Source of the DNA: Candidatus Methylomirabilia bacterium
GTDB taxonomy: Bacteria; Methylomirabilota; Methylomirabilia; Rokubacteriales; CSP1-6
Direction: 5' to 3'
Length of the DNA: 19,817 nt
NCBI GenBank assembly: GCA_041497895.1
Contig: JBGQHJ010000095.1
Span: forward strand, 1 to 19,817
This document shows, one piece after another, positions 1 to 6,591 of this stretch. The notes beneath the pieces were generated by a model that was not told the origin of the DNA, searched no databases, and saw nothing but the letters and a program-made list of their open reading frames with translations. How positions within the stretch are numbered: the stretch's first letter is position 1; each line of letters starts with the position of its first letter. The position numbers and the translations under genes were made by a program.

Positions 1-582
1 CACGCGATGGGCCTCGAGGCTCACGAGCCCACCATCGAGTACCTGATCGACCTGGTCGTCGACGTGCAGACGGTCCGGAGCTGCCAGACCGCGGCCGAGC
101 TCGATCCCGACGTCTCGGAGGAGGGCTACTGCATGCCGGGCCGTGCCCACGTGGCCGCGGGCAGCATCGCCATGCAGAAGGCGCGTCAGCGCATGGCCGA
201 GATCCTGAGGATCGTGCCCGGTTCGTCGCTCGTGGTGGCGCCGTCGGACAAGGACCTGACCTCGCCCGAGGTGGGGGCCGGGCTCGAGGAGTCGTTCGGC
301 GGGGGCGAGTACACCGCGCTGCAGCGTGCGGCCCTGCTCCAGCTCGCCGCCGACCACGTGGCCTCGGCCCTGGACGGCCGCGAGTCCGCGTTCGAGCTGC
401 ACGCCAACGGGGGCCTGGTGGCCTGGCGCGCGCGGCTCCGGCGCGCGTTCCCCGACTACAACGCGCTGGCCAACGGCGTGCTGCGCGCCCTCAGCCTCGA
501 CATGCCGGCGATCGACCTGGACGGCCTCCGGATCATCGGGCTGCCGCAGCGCCGGCCGGTCACTCCCCCGCGCCGCGACTAG
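1..582 (+). CDS. 4-hydroxyphenylacetate 3-hydroxylase (HpaB)-family flavin monooxygenase, C-terminal part (5' truncated by window)
   Basis: Frame open from base 1 to TAG at 580-582. Segments GSSLVVAPSDKDL, QRAALLQLAADHVASALDGRESAFELHANG resemble the HpaB / 4-hydroxybutyryl-CoA dehydratase C-terminal domain (recognised from memory, no search run). Confidence 0.75.
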   Translation, partial: HAMGLEAHEPTIEYLIDLVVDVQTVRSCQTAAELDPDVSEEGYCMPGRAHVAAGSIAMQKARQRMAEILRIVPGSSLVVAPSDKDLTSPEVGAGLEESFGGGEYTALQRAALLQLAADHVASALDGRESAFELHANGGLVAWRARLRRAFPDYNALANGVLRALSLDMPAIDLDGLRIIGLPQRRPVTPPRRD

Positions 583-587
583 CTGGG

Positions 588-633
588 CCCCTCACCCTGC
601 CCTCTCCCCTCGGAGGGGAGAGGGTTGGGGAGG
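588..633 (-). repeat. Palindromic GC-rich repeat, copy A (intergenic, between convergent genes)
   Basis: CCCCTCACCCTGCCCTCTCCCC at 588-609. Perfect 11-bp stem CCCTCTCCCCT (600-610), loop CGG, AGGGGAGAGGG (614-624). Confidence 0.92.
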
Positions 634-634
634 A

Positions 635-2242
635 TTACTTGCCCTCGAGGGCGGCGAGGGGGGCGTAGTCTCCGGTCGAGCCGTGACCGCCCGCGAACCT
701 CACGGGCTCGATGCCGGCCTTCTTCACGCCCGCGACCAGCGCGGCGAGGGCCGGGTTGAGCTTGTCGGGGAGCGGGCCGCCCGGGCTCCAGATGTCGGTC
801 GCGAAGGCGAGCTTCGCGTCGGGGACGTAGCCGATCAGCAGGCCCTGGGCGTGCGGGTTGGGCTCGATCGCGTAGACCTGGACCTCGCGGGCGCTGTCGA
901 TGATGGCGTACTTGCCCGCGACCTCGACGATCGGGGTGCGGCTCAGGTCCTGCGGCGAGAGGTCGGGGTTGCGGGTGTAGGGCGCGGCCAGCACGCGCCG
1001 GTAGTGCTCGGTGGTGCCCTTGCCCACGACGATCGTGGCCCCCGCGCTCGCGTAAGCGCGGATGCCGCCCGCGTGGTCCATGTGGTGATGGGTGAGCACG
1101 AGGTACTTCACCGGCTTGCCGAGATACTTCGCGCGGAGCGCGCTGAGCGTCCAGTTCGACTGCCAGTCGGAGACCGGGGCGTCGAACACGACGAGAGAGT
1201 CCTTCATCACCACGACCAGGCTGTTGTGCGAGCCGCCCACCACGTGCTGGATGCCGGGGCCCAGCTCCACCAGGCGCAGGCTCGGGGTGGCCCGCCGGTC
1301 GAAGCTCGGCACATCCGAGTCGAGATAGACGCCGATGAACTGGCGCCGGATGACCCACTGGTACGGCACGTTGCGCGTGGCGGGCCCGGGGGCGCCGTCA
1401 CGGTAGGCGGCGGGAATCGCCAGGCGATCCGCCGGGACCGGCGCGTTGATCTTGAGCTCGGTGATCCTGGCGTCCACCACGGTGCGGCCGTTCAGCTCGT
1501 ACTTCTGGGACATCGCGACGCGCACCCCGTTCACGGTCTGCCAGTCGGCCATCGCCAGGTCGTAGGTGACGTCGCCCCAGATGTTGTCGTAGTCGAGCGT
1601 GCGCACGCGCGCGGGCAGGCCGGTCGCCCGGTCGAACATCACGGTGAAGGTCTGGCTCGCGGCCTGATAGGTCACCGCCGGGTAGGAGGCGCCACCCGCC
1701 GTGACGTCTCCGGTCGCCGCGACGCGGTCGGGGTTCTTCGACATCTCCAGCAGCAGCAGCGGTGACGTGCGGAGCAGCTCCCGCTGCGCGGCCGCGAGCC
1801 GGAGGCCGGACATGGTGTGCGCGGGCGGATTCGACTCCATGCTCTGCTTGGTGCGCCCGCTGCTGTCGATGCCCGCGACGTAGCCCGCGTCGGCGGTGAC
1901 GATCTCGCTGAAGGTGTACGTCCGCGGGGCAGGGTACTCGAGCTTGCGGACCCAGTCGAGCCGGATCGCGCCGCCGGTCACGTCGGTGACCATGTCGAGC
2001 GTCGACTCGTTGGCGAAGCGCATCTCCCCGCCGGCCACCGCCGATTGCTCGGGCTCCCAGAAGCGCACGGTCGCCTTCTGCGAGACCGTCTTCACCGCGG
2101 TCAGCGCGTCGGCGCCGCCCTGAGCCTGGACGCCCCGGGCCACGAGATCCGGACCTCCGCCCGACATCGAGGCGCAGGCCACCACGATCAGCGCCATGAC
2201 CAGCGAAACGGCGAGCGCCGTTGCGGCGCGCGTCATCTTCAT
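635..2242 (-). CDS. MBL-fold metallo-hydrolase, predicted lipoprotein (535 aa)
   Basis: Start moved from the ORF-track start to ATG 2242, which follows GGAAGGA on the minus strand. Signal peptide with lipobox-like IVVA-C. C-terminal domain has the HxHxDH motif THHHMDHAGG and terminal GGHG. Confidence 0.85.
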   Translation of the reverse strand: MKMTRAATALAVSLVMALIVVACASMSGGGPDLVARGVQAQGGADALTAVKTVSQKATVRFWEPEQSAVAGGEMRFANESTLDMVTDVTGGAIRLDWVRKLEYPAPRTYTFSEIVTADAGYVAGIDSSGRTKQSMESNPPAHTMSGLRLAAAQRELLRTSPLLLLEMSKNPDRVAATGDVTAGGASYPAVTYQAASQTFTVMFDRATGLPARVRTLDYDNIWGDVTYDLAMADWQTVNGVRVAMSQKYELNGRTVVDARITELKINAPVPADRLAIPAAYRDGAPGPATRNVPYQWVIRRQFIGVYLDSDVPSFDRRATPSLRLVELGPGIQHVVGGSHNSLVVVMKDSLVVFDAPVSDWQSNWTLSALRAKYLGKPVKYLVLTHHHMDHAGGIRAYASAGATIVVGKGTTEHYRRVLAAPYTRNPDLSPQDLSRTPIVEVAGKYAIIDSAREVQVYAIEPNPHAQGLLIGYVPDAKLAFATDIWSPGGPLPDKLNPALAALVAGVKKAGIEPVRFAGGHGSTGDYAPLAALEGK

Positions 2243-2278
2243 GTGGTGTTCCTTCCGGGGGGTCGTTGGTCGCGGCCC

Positions 2279-2284
2279 AGTATA
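2279..2284 (-). promoter_or_regulatory. Putative sigma70 -10 element (TATACT) for the MBL-fold gene
   Basis: AGTATA on + strand reads TATACT on minus, about 37 nt upstream of ATG 2242, and is AT-rich in a high-GC background. Confidence 0.45.
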
Positions 2285-2316
2285 GCCGAGGCCATGCCGA
2301 GGGCGCGCTCTTGGGA

Positions 2317-2322
2317 TAGGAT
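2317..2322 (+). promoter_or_regulatory. Putative -10 element (TAGGAT) for the E1-beta operon
   Basis: TAGGAT in the divergent intergenic region. No clear -35 element. Confidence 0.3.
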
Positions 2323-2398
2323 AGGCAGCCGACAGCCAGGACCGGGTGGGGGCAAGGGGAAGGGCCGACCGCGTCATCGACTAGCGAAGGAGATGCTC

Positions 2399-3382
2399 AT
2401 GGGCGAGCGAGAGCTGACGTACGGCGAGGCGGTCAAGGAAGCCATCGCCGAGGAGATGCGGCGCGATCCGCGGGTCTTCCTCATCGGGGAGGACGTGGCG
2501 GAGGCCGGGCATCCCTTCAAGACCCTGGTCGGGCTGGTGCAGGAGTTCGGCACCGAGCGCGTGATCGACACGCCCATCTCCGAGCCGGGCTACGCGGGCA
2601 TCGGCGTCGGCGCGGCCATGACCGGCATGCGCCCGGTGGTGGACGTGATGTTCGGCGACTTCATCACCCTGACCATGGACCAGATGGTCAACCAGGCCGC
2701 CAAGGCGCACTACATGTCGGGCGGCAAGATCAAGGTGCCGATCGTCTTCCGCACCACGCTCGGGGCCACGCGCCGCTCGGCCGCCCAGCACTCGCAGTCG
2801 CTCCACGCCTGGGTGAGCCACGTCCCCGGCCTCAAGGTGGCGCTGCCCTCGGGGCCTTACGAGGCCAAGGGGCTCATGAAGACCGCCATCCGCGACGACA
2901 GCCCGGTGGTCATCTTCGAGGACAAGATGATGTACCGGGTGAAGGGCCCGGTGCCCGAGGGCGACTACACGATTCCGTTCGGCGTCGCGGAGGTGAAGCG
3001 CGCCGGCAAGGACATCACGATCGTGGCCACCAGCAGCATGGTGGGGGTGGCGCTCGGCGCGGCGAAGCTGTTGGAGGAAGCCGGCATCAGCGCGGAGGTG
3101 ATCGACCCGCGCACCACGTGGCCGCTCGACAAGCAGGCGCTGATCGACTCGGCCAAGAAGACCTCGCGCGCGCTGGTGGTGGACGAGGGCTACGAGCGCT
3201 ACGGCGTCACCGCCGAGATGGCCTCGGTCATCGCGGAGGGCGCCTTCTACTACCTGGACGCGCCGGTCAGGCGCATGGGCGCCATGGACGTGCCGGTGCC
3301 GTTCTCCCCGGTGCTCGAGGACCTCACGGTGCCGTCCGAGCAGACCGTCTTCGAAGCCGCCCGCGCCCTATGCCGCAAATAA
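2399..3382 (+). CDS. 2-oxoacid/acetoin dehydrogenase E1 component beta subunit (AcoB/PdhB-like, 327 aa)
   Basis: AAGGAG at 2387-2392 then ATG 2399. Motifs IGEDV, FGTERVIDTPISE, MFGDF, AAQHSQS, EVIDPRT, LDAPVRR. Confidence 0.93.
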   Translation: MGERELTYGEAVKEAIAEEMRRDPRVFLIGEDVAEAGHPFKTLVGLVQEFGTERVIDTPISEPGYAGIGVGAAMTGMRPVVDVMFGDFITLTMDQMVNQAAKAHYMSGGKIKVPIVFRTTLGATRRSAAQHSQSLHAWVSHVPGLKVALPSGPYEAKGLMKTAIRDDSPVVIFEDKMMYRVKGPVPEGDYTIPFGVAEVKRAGKDITIVATSSMVGVALGAAKLLEEAGISAEVIDPRTTWPLDKQALIDSAKKTSRALVVDEGYERYGVTAEMASVIAEGAFYYLDAPVRRMGAMDVPVPFSPVLEDLTVPSEQTVFEAARALCRK

Positions 3383-3384
3383 GT

Positions 3385-3447
3385 CCCCCTCTCCCCCTTG
3401 GGGCCCCTTCCACCCTCTCCCCTCCGGGGAGAGGGCAGGGTGAGGGG
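3385..3447 (+). repeat. Palindromic repeat, copy B (intergenic, E1-beta/E2), preceded by a truncated half-copy
   Basis: Stem CCCTCTCCCC (3413-3422), loop TCC, then GGGGAGAGGGCAGGGTGAGGGG (3426-3447). Extra CCCCCTCTCCCCCTTGGGG at 3385-3403. Bases 3406-3447 are identical to 3703-3744. Confidence 0.93.
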
Positions 3448-3459
3448 TAGGGTAGCTCG

Positions 3460-4785
3460 ATGGCCACCAACGTCATCATGCCCGCGCTGGAGCTGGCGCA
3501 GGAGACCGGCAAGGTCGTGCGCTGGATCAAGGCGCCGGGCGACACGGTGCGGAAGGGCGAGCCCATCGTCGAGATCGAGACCGACAAGGTCACGGTCGAG
3601 ATCGAGGCCCCCGCCGCCGGAGTGCTCCGCGACGTCACCGCCCAGGAGGGCGACGTCATCCCGGTCGGGCACACCATCGCGGTCATCGCCGCCGTCGGCG
3701 AGCCTTCCACCCTCTCCCCTCCGGGGAGAGGGCAGGGTGAGGGGCCCGGTGGCGAGGGGGCGAGAGCCGAAGCACCCGCCGACGATACGCGCGTGAAGGC
3801 CTCCCCGCTCGCCCGCCGCATCGCCGAGGAGCACGGCGTCGACCTCGCGCGGGTGAAGACCGCGAGCGGCAAGATCGAGAAGGCCGACGTGCTCGCGTAC
3901 GTCGAGAGCCGCAAGACGGTGGCGGCGCCCACGAACGGCTCCGCGGGGCGGCTCGTGGCCGCGTCGCCCAAGGCGCGGCGGCTCGCGGCCGAGCGCGGGG
4001 TCGATCTGCGGGCGGTGAAGGGCTCGGGGCCGGGCGGGGCGGTGCTGGCGGTGGACGTGCCGGCCCTGCCTCTCGCCGCTCCACCACCCCTCACCCTGCC
4101 CTCTCCCCAGAGAGGAGAGGGAGAAGTCGGGACGGTCTGGCGGATCATGGCGGAGCGGATGACCGCGTCGTGGACCACGGCGCCGCACTTCTACCTGGTG
4201 CGCGAGGTCAACGTGACGCGGCTCGTGGCGTGGCTCGGGAAGGCGCGGAAGCAGACCGGCGCCCACGTCACGTACACGGACCTGCTCGTGAAGCTGGTGG
4301 CGGCCACGCTCGCGCAGCACCCGCGGGTGGCGGTCTCCTGGAAGGACGGCCGGCTCGAGCGGCACGCCGACGTCAACATCGGCCTGGCGGTCGCCCTCGA
4401 TGACGGCCTCGTGGTGCCCGTGCTCCACCGGGCGGACACGCTCGGGCTCAAGGAGATCGCCGCGCGGCGCGAGGACCTGGTGTCGCGCGCCCAGGCCGGC
4501 AAGCTGCGGCCGGCCGACATCCAGGGCGGCGTCTTCACCATCAGCAACCTCGGCATGTACGGAGTGGACGCCTTCAACGCGATCGTCAACCCGCCGCAGG
4601 CCGCCATCCTGGCGGTGGGCCGCATCGCCGATCGGGTCGTCCCGGTCGACGGCCGGCCGGCCGTGCAGCCGACCATGGTGCTCACGCTCTCGTGCGACCA
4701 TCGCGCCGTCGACGGCGCCCGCGGCGCCCAGTTCCTGGGCGCGCTCGCGGACCTCGTCGAGGAGCCGCTGGCGCTGCTGGTCTGA
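3460..4785 (+). CDS. Dihydrolipoamide acyltransferase (E2): lipoyl domain, two peripheral subunit-binding domains, catalytic domain (441 aa)
   Basis: Lipoyl motif IETDKVTVE. Two binding domains beginning ASPLARRIA and ASPKARRLA. Catalytic motifs FTISNLG and DHRAVDG. Confidence 0.95.
   Translation: MATNVIMPALELAQETGKVVRWIKAPGDTVRKGEPIVEIETDKVTVEIEAPAAGVLRDVTAQEGDVIPVGHTIAVIAAVGEPSTLSPPGRGQGEGPGGEGARAEAPADDTRVKASPLARRIAEEHGVDLARVKTASGKIEKADVLAYVESRKTVAAPTNGSAGRLVAASPKARRLAAERGVDLRAVKGSGPGGAVLAVDVPALPLAAPPPLTLPSPQRGEGEVGTVWRIMAERMTASWTTAPHFYLVREVNVTRLVAWLGKARKQTGAHVTYTDLLVKLVAATLAQHPRVAVSWKDGRLERHADVNIGLAVALDDGLVVPVLHRADTLGLKEIAARREDLVSRAQAGKLRPADIQGGVFTISNLGMYGVDAFNAIVNPPQAAILAVGRIADRVVPVDGRPAVQPTMVLTLSCDHRAVDGARGAQFLGALADLVEEPLALLV
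3703..3744 (+). repeat. Palindromic repeat, copy C, in frame within E2 (encodes PSTLSPPGRGQGEG)
   Basis: 42 bp (14 codons, codon-aligned) identical to 3406-3447. Lies in the linker after the lipoyl domain. Confidence 0.93.
4087..4121 (-). repeat. Palindromic repeat, copy D, in frame within E2 (encodes PLTLPSPQRGEG)
   Basis: CCCCTCACCCTGCCCTCTCCCC (4087-4108), loop AGA, GAGGAGAGGG with one stem mismatch. Lies in the linker before the catalytic domain, opposite in orientation to copy C. Confidence 0.92.
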
Positions 4786-4798
4786 GGACGATCCGCTC

Positions 4799-6118
4799 AT
4801 GGCATTCACCGATCGCTACGGCTTGACCGTCACCACCGATTCGCCCGTCGCCTTCGACCGCTTCCAGGAGGGCATGGATCACCTGCTGGCCTACGGCCCC
4901 GCCGGCGAGGAGCGGATGGCCGAGGCGCTCCGCGCCGATCCCGGCCTGGCGGTCGCGCACGCGGGCCTCGCGCTGATGGCGCTGGTGCAGGGCGACGCGG
5001 CGACCGCGCGCGATGCCATGGCCCGCGCGCACGAGACGGTGGCCGGCGCCACCCGGCGCGAGCGGCAGCACGTGGAGGCGCTCTCCGCCTTCGTGGGCGG
5101 CGAGGGCGCGCGCGGCTTCGCGCTGGCGGACGAGCACGTGGAGGACTTTCCGCGCGACGCGGTGCTGGTGAACCAGGTGAGCAGCGCCATCGCCCTGGCC
5201 GGGGCCAGCGATCGCGAGGAGTACCGGGTGGCCTTCATGGAGCGGCTGGCCCCCGCCTACGGCGACGACTGGTGGTACCAGTCCGCGCTCGCGTTCACCT
5301 ACCACGAGGTGGACCGGTTCGAGGAGTCGCGGCGTCTCTCGGAGGCCTCGCTGCGACGGTATCCGCGCAACGCGCACGCCTCGCACAACCTGGCCCACAT
5401 CGCCTTCGAGACCCTCGACATCGAGGCGGGCGCCGCCTTCCTCGACGAGTGGATGGCGGGCTACGACCGACGCGCGTCGTTTCACTGTCACCTGGCCTGG
5501 CACCAGGCGATGTTCGCGCTGCACGAGGGTCGTTACGCGCATGCGCTCGACATCTTCGAGCGCGACATCCTGCGCTCGGGCAATCCGCGCTCGGCCATGA
5601 CCGACGGCACCGCGCTGCTCTGGAGGGTGAAGCTCGACGGCGCGAGCGAGCAACCGCTGCCCTGGCGCTCGTTGGCCGACCTGGCCGAGAAGGTCTCGCG
5701 CCCGGGCTTCCTGTTCGGCGAGGTGCACGCCGCCTTCGCCTACGCGGCGTGCGGGGACGAGGCGGCCCTGGCCCGGCTGATGGATGGCCTGCGGGCGCTC
5801 GGGGCCAAGGGCCACCCGATCGCGGCGAGCGTGGTGCTGCCGCTGGTGCAGGGGACGGCCGCGTTCGCGGCGGGCGACCCGGCGGGCGCGCTGCGCCACT
5901 TCGAGCCGGTCGAGGCCGAGATGCACCGGATCGGCGGCAGCCACGCCCAGTGGGAGATCTACGAGGAGACCATGGTGCAATGCTACCTGGCGCTCGAGCG
6001 CTACGACGACGCGACCCGCCTCGTGCGCCGGCGCCTCGCGCGCCGCGCCTCCCCGCGCGATCGGGCGTGGCTCGCCCGGGCGAGCGCGGGCCGGAGCGAG
6101 CGGCCCAGGACGGCATGA
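4799..6118 (+). CDS. Tetratricopeptide-repeat protein, TTC38-like (439 aa)
   Basis: ATG 4799 lies 13 nt after the E2 stop. Helical TPR-like segments, NAHASHNLAH, HCHLAWHQAMFAL and C-terminal IGGSHAQ resemble the TTC38 family. Confidence 0.8.
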   Translation: MAFTDRYGLTVTTDSPVAFDRFQEGMDHLLAYGPAGEERMAEALRADPGLAVAHAGLALMALVQGDAATARDAMARAHETVAGATRRERQHVEALSAFVGGEGARGFALADEHVEDFPRDAVLVNQVSSAIALAGASDREEYRVAFMERLAPAYGDDWWYQSALAFTYHEVDRFEESRRLSEASLRRYPRNAHASHNLAHIAFETLDIEAGAAFLDEWMAGYDRRASFHCHLAWHQAMFALHEGRYAHALDIFERDILRSGNPRSAMTDGTALLWRVKLDGASEQPLPWRSLADLAEKVSRPGFLFGEVHAAFAYAACGDEAALARLMDGLRALGAKGHPIAASVVLPLVQGTAAFAAGDPAGALRHFEPVEAEMHRIGGSHAQWEIYEETMVQCYLALERYDDATRLVRRRLARRASPRDRAWLARASAGRSERPRTA

Positions 6119-6591
6119 TGGCCAAGCTGACCCTCAAGGTGAACGGGACGAATCGGGAGGTCGAGACGGACGACCCCGATATCCCGCTGCTGTACGTCCT
6201 GAGGGGCGATCTCGGGCTGACGGGCACCCACTTCGGCTGCGGCCTCGCCCAGTGCGGGGCGTGCACCGTGCTGGTCGGCGGCCGCGCCGTCCGCTCGTGC
6301 CTCGCGCCGGCGCGGTCGGTGGTGGGGCAGGAGATCGTCACGATCGAGGGCCTGGGCTCGCCCGAGCGCCCCGATCCGGTGCAGGCCGCGTTCATCGCGG
6401 AGCAGGCCGCGCAGTGCGGGTACTGCACCGCGGGCATGGTCATGGGCGCGCGCGCCCTCCTGGCCCGGACGCCCCGGCCGAGCGAGCAGCAGGTGCGGGA
6501 CGCGCTGGCCGGCAACCTCTGCCGCTGCGGCAGCCACGCTCGGGTGATCCGAGCGGTGCTGCGCGCGGCCGCCAATCCGGGAGGCCGCTGA
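6115..6591 (+). CDS. (2Fe-2S)-binding small subunit of a molybdenum hydroxylase (IorA/NicA/CoxS-like)
   Basis: Motifs GCGLAQCGACTV, QCGYC and NLCRC. Start ATGATG (6115 or 6118) overlaps the TPR gene stop. Confidence 0.93.
   Translation: MMAKLTLKVNGTNREVETDDPDIPLLYVLRGDLGLTGTHFGCGLAQCGACTVLVGGRAVRSCLAPARSVVGQEIVTIEGLGSPERPDPVQAAFIAEQAAQCGYCTAGMVMGARALLARTPRPSEQQVRDALAGNLCRCGSHARVIRAVLRAAANPGGR

Noticed and set aside
635..2242. MBL-fold gene as a beta-lactam resistance gene
   Set aside because: HxHxDH marks the whole superfamily, and the size and domain layout do not match class B beta-lactamases.
1817..2398. N-terminal extension of the E1-beta ORF as a fused E1-alpha
   Set aside because: It overlaps the MBL gene on the other strand, has no GDG...NN motif, and a strong RBS marks ATG 2399.
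5784..6590. Upstream extensions of the Mo-subunit, FeS, TauD and DLH ORFs as fusion proteins
   Set aside because: The extensions are out-of-frame readings of the preceding genes. The true starts are at the stop/start overlaps.
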